From Eledone cirrhosa (lineage: Eukaryota), in NCBI GenBank assembly GCA_964016885.1, contig OZ024743.1:232376001-232440000 (forward strand): a stretch of 64,000 nucleotides of DNA, given 5' to 3'. The position numbers and the translations under genes were made by a program. This document shows, one piece after another, positions 26,633 through 43,893 of this stretch. The stretch's first letter is position 1, and the number at the start of each line of letters is the position of its first letter. Below the pieces are notes generated by a model that searched no databases, was not told the origin of the DNA, and saw nothing but the letters and a program-made list of their open reading frames with translations.

Positions 26633-28134
26633 TGATTATAATGAACCCCTAATTTGACAGAGACCTAGACATTTTGAAGACGCAGATATTAGGAGGATGG
26701 GGAGAAGGAGATGAAAGGTGAGTAAGAGGGTGATCAGAAGGGGAGGGGAAGGTGACTGGAGGAGAGGAGACAGGTGAAGAAGAGGGGGAAGGACGGTGGG
26801 AGATGTTGTGTTGAAGAGTGAGGAGGGGGGAATGAGGAGGAACAAGAGCTGAGGAGTAGGAGGTAGAGGGTTGTCTTTCTCATCATGATCATGGCCATGA
26901 TAAGCCATATAATTCCGTAACGTGGAGGAGAGGAATATAGGTAAATACCAGGATTTGACAGACCGCTTCCTTACCATGTAGGTCGCCGTTGAGACCCCTG
27001 TGTCCTCAGCCCCCGAACTGCAATTTCTCACCACAACATCGAAAAGAGTGCATTCCGCCTGGGGAAGGAGCTCCATGAGTTAGAGTCACTAATGCAGCGG
27101 TGGTCTGACTATTCTCCGTAAAAATACCTACAAATTATTTTCGGGTATGCTTTTTCTAGATCTGGTTTCCTTTACTTTCACTGTTTAATTTTATTTTTAT
27201 TTTTTCCTTCGATATTTTTCTTTATTCTTAATATGTAAACGTAGATGATTTATAAATTTCTTTTATTTCTAAATATATTGTATATGAACTTTTCTTTGAC
27301 TACAAAATAATCTAAACTATCTGACTCCCTAGAAGATATACTACCCTAATATTTAGGTGAAAGCCTATAGTATTTTAAATCAGCCACCATATTATAGATA
27401 TTTTATTGACACCGCATGTCTGAAACTGAGATAACTAGAACTTGCAAGGAACGTGCCTTAATTTAATGAGAATATACAAGTCGGCACATTTAGTTATACT
27501 GTTTTTGTCGACTATATCGAATTCAGTACATTGCTGTTTGGTTTATATTGACGCCTGAATGTTGAGAAGCAAAATTCAATCACCTCAAATTGTAAGAAAC
27601 ATGCTTTACCCCTCCGTTTCCTCATATTTATTGCTTTCATAGTCCTTTCCCTTACTTTTCCATACAGTCAGATCTGTCTTTCTTCCTTACTCCTTCTTCA
27701 TTTTCTCATTACTTAATGTTGCGTTTATCTTTCTTCTTCGTATTTATTTATCTTTTCAAAATAAAAGTTTACTGTTCGAAAAAAATAACTAAGTATTGCG
27801 GTGCATTTTTCAATCTACCATATTCTAATTTATTTCTAAATTTAAGCTCAACTACAATCAGCATTTTAAGCTTTTCCTTGGTAAAGTAAGGATTTTCCTG
27901 ACGGGAGCTATGACAAGCTTTTGGCCTTATCACCAACCCTCTGGCTTTCATTTCCCCCCTTCATAATCTTTAAATATGTCTTACTTGGTATACACCTCAT
28001 TCTACTCCCTCCCATCTTCATCCTTCCTCTCATCCAGACACGTTCATCCTTCTTTAGCACATGACCAAAACAATCCATTTCTTGAACTGATAAAATAAAA
28101 GTTATGAAATAGAATGCTGACTAATTAATATAAT

Positions 28135-28350
28135 ACGGTGGATTGGCAGTATCGGTAGAGCGTTAGAGAACATGCTTTATGGCATAGAGTTACGGCCCTT
28201 TGCGTTCTGAGTTCAAATCCTACCGACCTAAGCTTTGCCTTTCATCCTTACGGGGACAATAAAATAAAGTATCAATAATACACTGGGGTCGATTTAATTG
28301 ACTTTCCCCAAAATTGTTGGCCTTGTACCTAAATCAGAGACCAATATAAT
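28135..28350 (+). mobile_element. SINE copy
   Basis: cggtggattggcagtatcggtagag...gagttcaaatcc...gcctttcatccttacgggg. Confidence 0.85.
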
Positions 28351-29019
28351 AAAGGAACGTGAATAAACAATATATTGCCTTTGAAATAAAAGAAAATTAT
28401 AAAGAACAAACGAGCAAGAAATAAAGAGGTACGAAAGACCGGTAACTGTGATATACACAAAGGGAAAATTATAGAACACACACAGAGTCACATACAAATA
28501 GAATTCTTTTTGTATTCAGTATTTAGAAAGTATTATCAGACGGGGTAAGAGAGCATTCAACGTCTAACCAGGATTATAAAAGCCTATCGAAATAATAAAA
28601 CATTAATTAAGAAGGTTCTGACGTCAGCTACGGATTGAATTATCAGTAAAAAGAGACAATGGAAGACTTCATTTGAGACTGTGTCCACGGGCATGAGCGG
28701 ATAAATAGCTATAACTTCTTGGCAGAATGCTGAGACCCACACATCAAAGTAGAAAATATATAAGTATAAACACGCATCAAATTCAGGATATGAAAATGGC
28801 TACAATACTGTGGAACATTTCTGGTGAGGCTGGCTGAGAGATCAAAGCAAAATCTTGGTTTCATAGTCAAAGACAAAGGAGAAATGCTGTAACACAAAGT
28901 ATCAGGTGGAAGAAATAAGAAAATACAACAATGGCTTCCATCATAGATAGGCACAAGGTTACATATTTTTTAAACGAAAACATATATATATATATATATA
29001 TAGGAACAGGTATGATCCC

Positions 29020-29140
29020 GACCGCTTGAGCTTTTCTGTCGGGGTCATACTTGTTCCTATTATCCACTCTACTACCCTAAGTATTGAGTACTTTGGTGCG
29101 TTATGGTCCATCTGGTTCCTTACCACATTTCCTTCGTTAT
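29020..29140 (+). repeat. Dispersed short repeat (family L), also at 13673-13800 and 61150-61463
   Basis: Shared cctattatccactctactaccctaagtattgagtactttggtgcgttatggtccatctggtt; all copies end in (TA)n. Confidence 0.8.
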
Positions 29141-29152
29141 ATATATATATAT

Positions 29153-31456
<2,304 letters not shown>

Positions 31457-31491
31457 GGTGTTAAAGTTTGCTTGAAGCATTGTGAAATGTG

Positions 31492-31832
31492 TAAAATACG
31501 TAGTTAAGAAAGCCACAACAATGCAGAGGGAAATCTCGAGGTAGGAAGTGAATGATAGATAGGAGAAACAGGAGAAAGTGAAAATTGTCTTAACGACATC
31601 ACAACTTTCTTCGCTTGGCCTGTTCCCCCCCTTTTGGAACTTTCCTCCGTTGATGGGCGTGAGCCCGAAATATTGGGATTAAATCTCCACTAAGGTAACC
31701 CTTCTACCTTTGTTTTGTTTTCATCTTTGTCTCTCTCAATTTTCACTTTCTCCTGTTTCTCCTATCTATAATTCACTTCCTACCTCGAGATTTCCCTCTG
31801 CATTGTTGTGGCTTTCTTAACTACGTATTTTA
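31492..31832. repeat. Inverted repeat (~95-bp arms) enclosing a decayed hammerhead-like motif
   Basis: Arms 31492-31587 / 31737-31832; ccgttga-t-GGGC gtga GCCC-GAAA at 31647-31670. Confidence 0.8.
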
Positions 31833-31845
31833 TATATATATATAT

Positions 31846-31904
<59 letters not shown>

Positions 31905-31912
<8 letters not shown>

Positions 31913-32300
31913 AATACAATAACAAGGACGATTGGTTACTCCTTCATTACGTTTATTGGTTGGTGACGTGCGTTTCGCCACTGATCAGCTCAAGGTTCGA
32001 TCTGTATCGTTCTGACCTGACTCTGTAGTCCGCGGCTCGTCATATCCCTACCATTACTAGGGGTCTATCGAGCAGCGGACTAAGAAGTTGGGACAGGTCG
32101 ATACGCATCGAATCTTGAGGTGTTCAGTGGGGAAACGCGCGTCACCAACCAGTAAACGTAATGAAGGAGTAACCAATCGCCCTTGTTATTTTATTTCACT
32201 ATAATACACTCTGTCTCGCTCGACACGGAAGTGAACCTAAACATCGAGTTCTCACCCGGGTGAACATACAGTAACTGCAAGTTACACTCCCTGGATATAG
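31905..32300. mobile_element. Palindromic element with extended-stem-II hammerhead (family F)
   Basis: Arms ~31905-32050 / ~32057-32203; GGT-ctatcga-GCAGCGGA...TCAGTGGG-GAAA-CGCGCG-TC|ACC at 32062-32146; homolog at 44525-45000. Confidence 0.78.
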
Positions 32301-32340
32301 ATATATATATATATAATAAATTTGAAGACTGAATTTGTTA

Positions 32341-32380
<40 letters not shown>

Positions 32381-33094
32381 TATACACATACACACATATT
32401 AAAAATATATATATATGTGTAATATATATATATAAAGGAGTGAAGAATAACATGGATCAGCTATACAGTAGGGTTTATTCCAAGTATTTACAAATGTTTC
32501 ATTGGCGTGGTGTGTCTAAAAAGTACTATCTGTAGTGCTACCATGACAATCGATTTTAAGTAGAGTTCCTCCAGCGAAATTGTCAAAATACTAGTTCGGT
32601 ATTGTTGGAACAATACATTTATACCAATAATAGCTTGAAAAATAACATTAACAATAATAAGAAGAAAAGCATAACGAGATGAGGGATAGTGAGATAATGG
32701 TATGAAAAAATAACAAGGAAAAGGGTGATACGAAAAGACAATAAGATAAAAATAAAAACAAAAATCACATAAAGTAAAAATTGAAAGTAAAATAACAAGT
32801 AGAAAATTACAAAATATAGAGTGAGGATACAAAATAACATGAGATAAGTATATAGATATGCATACAGGCGTTAGGATAAAAGAGTTGTGGACAATATAAT
32901 AAAGAAATAACAGAAGGACAAGTAGATTCAAAGATATTTTGAGAGATAAAGGCTTAATAGGTGATGATGCAGTAGGGGTGTAGATTGAGGGTGACAATGG
33001 CAATAATGGATGATTGATATCGTATGTGATATATATATTATGTATATATGTGTGTGTATATGTGTGTGTCTGTGTGTGTGAATATGTGTGTGTG

Positions 33095-33175
<81 letters not shown>

Positions 33176-33405
33176 CTTATGTTAGGCTGTTCACCAATGG
33201 GTAGAAACGGTGGTTCGGGTTGATGAATGATGAAGCAACAAATTAATTAAAGCACTCAACGTAATGCAAACCATCCATCGTAGATGTGGTATACAATGGT
33301 TGGTGCAGGATCGGAGTAAAGTATTCATTAAAAGAACACCAGAAGGCCGGACTGGAAAATTTTATTTAGAATTTTAATATAAATATTATATATATATAAA
33401 GGTGG

Positions 33406-33810
<405 letters not shown>

Positions 33811-33817
33811 TATATAT

Positions 33818-35134
33818 GCCATGAAGATTATATAGGTCAAAATAAACTCACACTCAGACAATTCATCACCAACCATGACGAAACCCTACCACAAGCCAGA
33901 TACCACTCAGTGCACATCTAGACATATGCGCACCGATAAGACACCCAAATTCCAAGTCTTCCCACTTTATCTTTGCGCTGACAATACAACAGAACAAATA
34001 CGAAAAATATGGAAAATATGTTTATTCAAAAATATAGACCAGCATTAAATATAGTTCAATATAAATTATGTTAACACCATAACATGCTAACCATCCAAAC
34101 AGACACATACATACACACACACACATACATACACACACACACATAACACCTTCTATATTCGAAAATAAAAACGAGAACTAAATAAACCTTAACATACGTT
34201 AATAATCTAACACCTTAACATGCTAACCATACCCCCCACACACACATAATTTCCTCCCCCATTTCTACTAACGGAATCATTTTACTATACACACACACAC
34301 AAATATATATTCTCTCTATCTTAAAATGCTAACCATACTCCCACACACACATACACGCACACATATAACACCCATACACACACAGATAACTCCCTCCCCA
34401 ATTTCTACGAATAGAATCATTTTCCTACACACACACACAGACACAAACACACACACACACCAGCACAAATAAAAATACATATCTCTACTTTCTTTATTTC
34501 AATAGAAAGTTTGAATTTTGACACCTCAGCACATCAGCCATACTGACTGAACCAGAACAATTCTCCCCATCCCTTTTTTTTTTTACCATTATCTTTTGTT
34601 TGGCACAAAATTCTCTAAATGGGTACAAAAAAATCCCAAATACGGGCGCGAAATTTAATGTACTTGTTCACGTGACAGTCATAATTTCATTTATAACCAA
34701 TCAAATTACATTTATAAAAAACTTTTCTGAACCACTCTTTTAAGTAAAAATAAACTCAAACACAAACTGGCGCGAAAGTTGATGTGCTTATTGACGTGAC
34801 TGCATCAACCAGCCCAATTTCACTCTTATATGAAAAAACAATATGTGCCCGCCCCCCTTTTTTTAACGGCAAATATAATAAGAACTTAGTATCTCGAGCC
34901 ACTTTTTTCCATGTAAAACATAAGTAGCATTCGAACACCAACCAGCTGCAAGAAAAACCACAAAGCCTCCATCTCAATTCTACTTTTGAAAAGCACAAGA
35001 GCTGCGAAACCGGTAAAGGAACAAGATAAATATTCTTCAAAAGACTCCAGTTTTATTTTCGATTTCATCTTTTTTCCTTATACTTTCACTCGTGTAGGAC
35101 ATCTCGGTTTTTTTCCTTTTGTAAAAAAACCCTC

Positions 35135-35135
<1 letters not shown>
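33818..35135 (+). mobile_element. 3' fragment of a PLE (decayed GIY-YIG end, tandem-repetitive UTR, decayed hammerhead)
   Basis: HEDYIGQNKLTLRQ... at 33820 and FIQKYRPALN at 34021; CTT-ttgaaaa-GCA caagagc TGC-GAAA-CCGG-TA|AAG at 34983-35018. Confidence 0.65.
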
Positions 35136-35224
<89 letters not shown>

Positions 35225-35368
35225 CCAAAGTGTATATGGTTCGTTGATTATTCAACGAATATAATTTTAAAATAGATTAGAAGCACTAGTTGTTGATGAA
35301 ATAAATCACTACCACTACTGGAATTGAATAATCAAAACCGTAGCGGTATGTCGCATATCCAATCTCTC

Positions 35369-35437
35369 ATATATTTTATCTGATGAAAACGTACTTAAAC
35401 ACCATTGTACCTTTGAAATATATATAATAAAATATAT
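35369..35437 (+). ncRNA. Type I hammerhead, family H (intact), in a ~280-bp island between (TA)n
   Basis: ATATATTTTAT-CTGATGA-AAACGTAC..GTACCTTT-GAAA-TATATA-TA|ATAAAATATAT; 11-bp perfect stem I. Confidence 0.9.
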
Positions 35438-35559
35438 AATTTGGTTATGAGAATATTTTTCATTTATTAATATTTCGAATGATATTATATATATATATTG
35501 ATCATATCCGTTCAACTGCCAAAATGCTCTAGAGATGTCTGCTTAACATCATATACACT

Positions 35560-35935
35560 ATACAGATTAAGTTGCATCTTGAGTCTGGTTCCTCTGCCTG
35601 GTCATCCTCAGGTAGCCGTGTTTCGGGGTATGTGACAATATCCAGTTGATACCAATAGAACTTTTACAGATGAGAGCAGTTCGATGATAAGGATGATTTG
35701 AGCCTGCTAAATCCAATAGTTTGTATACGTTCCAGGACGTAATTTTCAAAGGCGTCATCAAAGCTGTATTCTGTCGTAGATTTGTCTTATTAGCCATTTC
35801 CTTTTCATTACAAGTATTTTCCCCGCATAATTGAACCACTAGTTGCTGACAAGCTGAGCTATAGGCAAGCTTTCTATAGACGACCTTTTCTAGGTTTCAC
35901 CCGCTTAGCAGGCTATCTCTGTGATACTGCCTACG
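35560..35935 (-). mobile_element. Decayed 5' fragment of an RTE LINE (APE N-terminus)
   Basis: LKITSWNVYKLLDLAGSNHPYHRTALI resembles LGCWNVRTLLDRDSLERPERRIALV of the 54-kb RTE. Confidence 0.65.
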
Positions 35936-36048
35936 TTTGGAAACAAAACGACCAATAAGCAAAGTTATATTAATGGCATTAAATAATGGATACTTAATGT
36001 ATGGCTAAACAGGTGGTTTTAGGCCAGTTATTTGTCCGTGGGTGTCAA

Positions 36049-36188
<140 letters not shown>

Positions 36189-36189
36189 T

Positions 36190-36247
<58 letters not shown>

Positions 36248-36267
36248 CACACACATATATATATATT

Positions 36268-36439
36268 CAGGAAAAGATCCGTTATAACGAATACCATTAT
36301 AACGTATTTTTCAACAAAACGAATTTTTTTCAATCTCGGCCATACGCTCAATGTGCGAGGTCGATCTCGTTATAGAGAAATTTTTCATTACAACGAATTA
36401 TTTTTTATACCCCATGAATTTCGTTATATTGGAATTTTA

Positions 36440-36442
<3 letters not shown>
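36268..36442. mobile_element. pogo/Tigger-like MITE
   Basis: Degenerate TIRs caggaaaagatccgttataacgaa / ttcgttatattggaattttactg in a TA context. Confidence 0.65.
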
Positions 36443-36512
<70 letters not shown>

Positions 36513-36566
36513 CATATATATATATACGATATTAATAAATGGACACTATATTTATAAAACCATATT

Positions 36567-36631
36567 TATTTCATTATACATATTTCAGGGATACCAAATT
36601 AAATTATGGTATGCCTTCATCAGACAAAATA
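36567..36631 (-). ncRNA. Type I hammerhead, family G (sense to the PLE)
   Basis: Reverse complement reads TATTTTGT-CTGATGA-AGGCATACCA..TGGTATCCCT-GAAA-TATGTA-TA|ATGAAATA. Confidence 0.87.
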
Positions 36632-39600
36632 CAATATATAACAGTTTTACAAATAAGCTTTGACGTACCCTATTAAAATGCAACCATTGTTTTTGGAAGC
36701 CATCCGGATAGTGATTTGTTTATATTACTTTAATAAGTCATAATGTTAAGGACAATTAGAAAAAGACGGAGAGAAAGAAAAAAACGTGGAGAAATATCGG
36801 AGAGAGAGAGATGCATGGAGAAAAAAGAAAGAGATAAATAAAGACAGGAGGAAAGGAAGAAAGAAGAAAAAAGGAAGAAATAAGAAAAACAGAGGAAAGC
36901 AACAGAGAGATATTAAGTCAACAGACAGATAGAAAAACTCAAGAGAGAGAAATATTATATAGAGAGAGAGGGAGATTATAAAAACTTTACGTCATGTCAT
37001 ATTAAGTTGAGTTAACAATTCATATGAAATGAATAATAAAAATATAAATATTAATATTCATGAATGAGACATAGATATATAATATGAGAAATTAAACATT
37101 GTTTAATAATGACTATATGTTTAGTTTAAACCTTGAGATCAATATACCAAAATTTGGGTTTAATCTCCAAAATGTACACATTGCTAGAGAAGTCAGTATC
37201 TCAGGCAAAGACACACAAATATATATATATATATACACGCACGTCCTAAAAATAGAAATTATATTTACTCAAGTCAACAAAATAGACATATAAAACGCAG
37301 ACGATTTCTCTTAATCACTGCTATACATTCCTTGTGTTATAAAAAGTTCACAGTATATATACATAAATATATACGATTAACATTCATGTCTTCATATATA
37401 TGATTACCATTCATGCATTTAACATTTTGTTAAAATTATGCATATCTGCAATCCAAACTGCGTGGTTATGCAACATAACTCTTACCCACACATATACATA
37501 CACACACACATATACATATACACCTATATATGTATAAATAAATATCTGCGTGCGTCTTCACGCATCACTCATGTATACATACAGACATATATACAATCAT
37601 AAAAAACCTATAACACTTTTATATGCATGTTAATACACACATAGACATTTGTATAGAGATAATCAAATATCAATATATTACTAAGGATTATACTTTGGAA
37701 ATATAATTATACCAATATAAATTTAAAATACCAAAGGATTATATTTTGGAAATACAACTATATTAATATAGTCAAAAGGACAAACGAATTCTAGAAATGT
37801 CAAAGCATTAAATATCTTTAAAACACTATAGAGTATCTTAAGTTAAAATAATATGTTTCATATATTTAGTATAGAAAATTATCCTACTTATATTTCAATC
37901 AAGATATTGAAAGGGTAGACTTATGAGAATTATGAGAAGCTATCAGAATCAAAGCAAAACTAATAAAAACAAATAAAAATAAAAATAAAATAAAAGTTAA
38001 ATAAATATTATATCAATATAATTTAAAAATTAAAAAATTAAAAAATTTCAAAATTTCAAAAAAAATTTAAAAAAATTTAAAAAAGTTTTAAAATTCAAAA
38101 ATTTAAAAGATTTAAAAAACCCAAGGATTCTACAGATATCCTTTTATTTAGTATAGAAATTTATCCTACGTATATTTTATTTAAGATATTGTAAGTATAG
38201 ACATTTTAAAGTAGTTTATTATATCTATGTTTATATTTAGGAAGAAAGTTTAAAAAGAAAAAGGTGAAGGAATCTAATGATTTATCGACAGGTTTTATAT
38301 ATTAACTAAATTACTTAATTAATTATACTACATTTTAAATTTATATTTATATTTAAACGTTGAGTTCAATCTATGTCTGCAGCAACTGAATAAATTGTTC
38401 CTTAAATTAATGGAATTTTTGGACTTTAATTTAAAGAATATTTCTTCAATACAAAGATCACAATTTTCTGAAGAGGAATTAAAAGGAATAGCTTATAATA
38501 TTCCAAGTCATCGAATATTTAACATTGTCTCGTTTTAGGTCCCATAGTAGGCTAGATAGCGAAGTTGAAGATGTTTTGTTTGGATCTGTGAAAGAATTTT
38601 TATGATTATTGAAGCCAAATTTAAATTCAGTAGAGGTAGAACCAACATAGTTAAATGAATTTAAATTAGTTTTAACATTACAATTGTACACTACATTTTT
38701 AGCTAAGCAGTTGTTATTTAACGGACAGTTATATTTATTTCTACAGTTACAGTTATTCAATTGAATATTGCTTGGGTTATTATTGGTATTTTGGTTAGGT
38801 TTTAATTTCTATTATTAATTCTATTAATATTTTGTGCTAAATTTTTGGTGGACGAGTAAGTTAATTTTATAGTGTGTCTATTAAAAATTGAGTAATATTT
38901 ATTTGTTCTAGGGAAGCGTTTGTCAAGAGCTTTAAAGAATAGTTTAGCAATAGGGGTTTTAATATTTAGTGAGAAAGGGGGAGCAAACCATAATATGTTT
39001 CTAGTTCTATTTCTTTTTCGGCTTTTGGAATTATTGTAATGTTTTCTATTATAGTTGCTAAAGTTGTTACCATAATTAAAATTGTTATTATTTTGGTTAG
39101 TTTGCTTATTATTATTATTATCAATGTATTTAATTGCATTTCTATATCCAGCTCTACCTAACGCTTCGTTGTAATACTGCGCTTTTTCATCAAATATATT
39201 TTTATTAGATGAAATTCTTAAAATTCTTTCTTGAACATATTTTTATTAGATGAAATTCTTAAAATTCTTTCTAGAACAGAGTTCACTATAGTATTTTTAA
39301 CAGATCTGGGGTGATTAGAGTTAAAATTAACATAATTCAAGTTCTCATTTAGTTTGTGAAATGGATAATGAAGACATGTGTTGAGATTTAGTGTTACGTC
39401 AAGAAAATTGACTATTTTATGGTTATTCTCTATTTCTACTTGTAGATTAAGGTAATTAAAAAATTGTATAATTTGTTTTCTTTTCCTATTTAGTTCACAG
39501 CTATTATTTTGTATAGGTAAAAGCATGTCATCCCGATATAAGCCTCCGGTTACACCTGGTATTTTTCTATGTAGCGAATTAATTATAAATAGGCCCACAA

Positions 39601-40654
39601 GGTCCGTTACCTGAGCTGAGTCTGATGATCCCAGCGTTATGTCGAAATTATTATTTCTATCTGCCCTAGTCCAGAGTTGGTTATTAAATTCTATCAATGT
39701 TTTCCTTGCCGATAATATAATGTGCATTTCATTGCAAATTAGGTCTGTATGTTTAAACGTAATTTAGTGCCTTATTCAGTAGATTAGGAGTGATAGATGA
39801 ATAGTAGTTAGCAATATCCAGCTGAATAAACTTATTATTATAGTTATATTTAATTTCTTTAAACCAATCGATAACCTCACTAGTCTCTTTCCATAATTTT
39901 AAGTAAGATAAATTAGGAAAGATTTAATTTGTTGTATTACCCTGTCTAGAATATTTTTGCTAAGTTTGCCCAGGTCAGATTTAGATGGTGCATTTAATCT
40001 GACTGGTAAATCATTTTCAAAGTTTCTTTTGTGATCCTTCATATTGATCTTAGGTTTCCTAGGCATGAAGGGTTGTGTTTTATTCTCAATGTCTAATTCA
40101 TGCATTATACAAGATGCATCTGTATTCAGTTTTTCAAGTTCGTCGTTATTTGCTACCTTGTACTTTTTCCTTAGTTCTTTCAATATAAGGTCGTTATACA
40201 TGTCCCATTCATGAATATTAATATTTATATTTTTATTATTCATTTCATATGAATTGTTAACTCAACTTAATATGACATGACGTAAAGTTTTTATAATCTC
40301 CCTCTCTATATAATATTTCTCTCTCTTGAGTTTTTCTATCTGTCTGTTGACTTAATATCTCTCTGTTGCTTTCCTCTGTTGTTCTTATTTCTTCCTTTTT
40401 TCTTCTTTCTTCCTTTCCTCCTGTCTTTACTTATCTCTTTCTTTTTTCTCCATGCATCTCTCTCTCTCCGATATTTCTCCACGTTTTTTTCTTTCTCTCC
40501 GTCTTTTTCTTTCTCTCCGTCTTTTTCTAATTATCCTTAACACTATGACTTATTAAAGTAATATAAACAAATCACTATCCAGATGGCTTCCAAAAACAAT
40601 GGTTGCATTTCAATAGGGTACGTCAAAGCTTATTTTTAAAACTGTTATATATTG

Positions 40655-40719
40655 TATTTTGTCTGATGAAGGCATACCATAATTTAATTTGGTATCCCTG
40701 AAATATGTATAATGAAATA
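40655..40719 (+). ncRNA. Type I hammerhead, family G (inverted pLTR copy)
   Basis: Same motif as 36567-36631. Confidence 0.87.
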
Positions 40720-40884
40720 AATATGGTTTTATAAATATAGTTTCCATTTATTAATATCGTATATCTACTCCAAATACTTGTCGAGTGCTTTATATCAGTT
40801 ATAAAAATATTTACTTGTTGTATCCCAACAATTTTAAATAGAACTTTTGCATATATATATATATATATGCTTGTATAGCCATAT

Positions 40885-41156
40885 AAATGATGGCTGCGCC
40901 CTCGTTATCGAGTATGGCCATTCCACGATATAACATTATTAATAATTATTAATGCACTCGTTCAATGCCTGTGTGTGAAGATATTTTTTAAAGTGAGGAA
41001 AGACTGTGCACTGAGCCAATCCCACTCTCTGAGCGACAGTAGATATGACCCGAAAAGAAGAAAAGATCAACATCATCGATAACTACTGAGCCGCAGGTTT
41101 TATATCGGAGTAATCCCAGTTTCCTGAGTTGCCTTCTCCTAGAAGAATGTCCTGAC
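40885..41156 (-). mobile_element. Short non-autonomous RTE-related element (5'UTR-like part joined to a 3'-end-like part)
   Basis: 40930-41156 matches 54447-54673; 40887-40928 matches 50571-50612; contains the RTE 5'UTR-like motif tctaggagaagg...aaaacctgcggctc on the - strand. Confidence 0.7.
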
Positions 41157-41249
41157 ATACATACACACATACATACATACATACATACACACATACATAC
41201 ATACATACATACATACATACATACATACATACATACATACATACATACA

Positions 41250-41280
<31 letters not shown>

Positions 41281-41412
41281 TGCCGGAATTGCCTGATTAT
41301 TAATATTTTATTAAATGCCGTAAAAATTCATTCTGCTTCTTTCGCGCCAGCCTAATATTTTTACGTCTATCTTGTTGACTAGGCTGACGGAGCATCATTA
41401 TTTATGTTTGCA

Positions 41413-41606
41413 TGGCGGTGGATTGGCAGTATCGGTAGAGGATCGGGCGCCATGCTTTGACGCATAGAGTAGCTGCCCTTGCCATTCTGAGTTCAAATCC
41501 CGCCGAGGTTAACTTTGCCTTTCATCCTTATGGGGTCGATAAAATAAAGTACCAGTAATACAATGGGTAATTGCTGGCCTTGTGCCAAAAAGGTAGAAAC
41601 AATTAT
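41413..41606 (+). mobile_element. SINE copy
   Basis: Full A box, B box and central core. Confidence 0.87.
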
Positions 41607-41736
41607 CTATGTTTGCATTGCCGAATATTTGTATTCCTATAATTGTGTGATGTGTAACTCCGCGTGTTTGAGTGTGTGGGTGTATGTGTGAATATATGTC
41701 TATGATTCTATATATTTCGCACATAATTATAATGTC

Positions 41737-41834
<98 letters not shown>

Positions 41835-41919
41835 CACACACCCTCACACATATATACACATACACACACACATATATATATATATATATATTTACGTATG
41901 TATATGTGTGTATGTATAA

Positions 41920-41961
<42 letters not shown>

Positions 41962-41971
41962 CGGCGATGAA

Positions 41972-43893
41972 TTAGTTTTGCGAGGTTTTTTATATGAAAT
42001 CGTGTGTCGAAACAAATATTGTTATACTTGGGGAGGGTCATATTTGTGTAATATTGCCAGAATTAATAACAGAACACATTCAGTGTTTGGTTGGTTTTCG
42101 CTTTTCGCTTCTGTGTCTTTTATATCGGTAATCTAATATACTCGGTCCTCATGTTGCCATTGACTGACCGACGGTCAAAAATAATACAGGTACAATATAG
42201 ACACAAACACATATATATAGTTTATCATAAATCTTTCGTTGCACATCTGCAACATCGTCAGTGGTGCTATTGTTTCCTCCTGTTGAATTGTATGGCTACG
42301 CCATTTTTATTCAGTCTGTCTATATATTTATTTATTTATTTGCTTGTTTGTTTATTTTATTTTGTCTTCTTTGCGCATGCCTTTGCGTGTGTGTATAGTG
42401 TTTTGTTTGATGTGTGATGTGTGTTCGTGATTGGGTGACTAACGTGTGTTTATGCGTTTGTTGTTATTGTGCTTGTGTATCTATTTATTTATTTATTTAT
42501 TTATTTATTTTAATTTAGTTTATTTATTTATTTATTTTATTTTATTTTATTTTATTTACTTATTTATACTTCTCTTAGGTCAGTGTTTTTTGTTTGGGTG
42601 TTGCTGTTATTCCATTCATTCTTTCTGTTTAGTCTTGGTCTTCTAAGTTCTATTTCACTGGCTTCTCTGATTTGCCTATCTGCTGGGTCATTTCTATGTT
42701 TAGATATTATTCTAATTTCTATGTTGTTTATGTTACCGTCATGTTGTTGTCTGGCATTTTCATATAGTACTGATCCGTTTTTTCGTCCTTTTAGTCAACC
42801 CCCCCCCCCCCCAGTCTTGGTCTATCCGTTCACCCATGCTACGAGCTGTCTCACCTATGTATGTTGTTGTCATGTTTCTGCAGGTACCCTCTGTACATCT
42901 TATGCTATAGACTACGTTTCTAGTTTTACAGTTTATCCGGGGGTTTACCTTACATATGATACATTTCCTATTGGTACAGTGGGTTTTCTTAAACGGGTAG
43001 GTTTTGCTGATCAGGGATTTTATGGTGGTTCCTGGCTTTTCTACCACCTTAATTTTTAAGTGGGTCGTTCTCAGTGCCTTTCTACACTGGTTAGCTAATT
43101 TCCCTTCGGGGGTAGCGTCCACAAACATGACACTCTGGTATCTCTGGTTGTCGTAACCATGAGGTGGCTTTCCCTATCTTATGTCTAGCCCTATCTAAGC
43201 TGTTCTATGATTTGCTCCTGTATAATGGGCAAATTCCTTTCATGTCCAGTTCTATGAAGGTCTTATACTTCTCCATGGCTCCTTCGTATACTCTGACTCT
43301 GTCTCTTTGGATGTAGCCAGAGAATTGCATGCGGTTGATGAAGTGTTGGATGTGTCTTTCCATTTCTGTTGGGTCGCATATGCGGGACACATTCTTCATC
43401 ACTCGTACCAAATCTGAGATCAGAATATTAAACTTAGCACTACTGGACATTGCTGAGTTTTTGAGTATCAGGTATTTGGAGGCCATGGGTTTAGCATAGT
43501 GTGAGTGGAGAATTTGGGCTCTCTCGTCTATAGTCTTAATCCAGAGTTCTGTGTCTAATACAGGTAGTCTATTGTTAGGGTGTTTGGAAGGGAAGTCGAT
43601 AGTTACAGTTATACTCTGGTGTATGGAATTAGCTATCTGCTGGATGCTTTCCATCGTGCTACGTTCTAAATCAAACTTGTTAGTGCTCTCTAGTGGGGGT
43701 GTTCTTATAACTATATTGATATCGTCTACATAACGAGAGTACATGATGAGGTCTATGGACCTCTCATTAAGGAGATCTTTACGTCTCCTTTCCCACCATA
43801 CCATGAAAAGGTTGGCAACATCACCAGCTATGCTGACGCCGATGGCTGCTCCCTCAATTTGGGTGTAGATCTTCTCGTTGAACTTAAATATGT
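41972..43893 (-). mobile_element. PLE family A copy 2, 5'-truncated
   Basis: ORFs 43205-43909 (QIEGAAIG, YSRYVDD) and 42760-43128 (VVYSIRC..YIGET) are closely similar to 1190-2500; pLTR with hammerhead at 42217-42270. Confidence 0.93.

Larger units (their letters stand above)
36525..40855 (-). mobile_element. AT-rich Penelope-like element (family G) with 3' pLTR and inverted 5' pLTR
   Basis: ORF pieces 39899-40243 (KDHK..P.RL), 39218-39727 (FDITLGSSD, GLYRDD, FLDV, SNHP) and 38479-38760 (VVY..YVGST..F..H, GIY-YIG); 36525-37071 is the reverse complement of 40200-40762. Confidence 0.92.

Noticed and set aside
26636-27076. 146-aa ORF on the - strand
   Set aside because: Mostly low-complexity purine/pyrimidine tract; at best a LINE ORF1 relic with no diagnostic motif.
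28380-28960. Possible CR1-like 3' remnant (RG.R.FN-like)
   Set aside because: Too decayed to support by eye.
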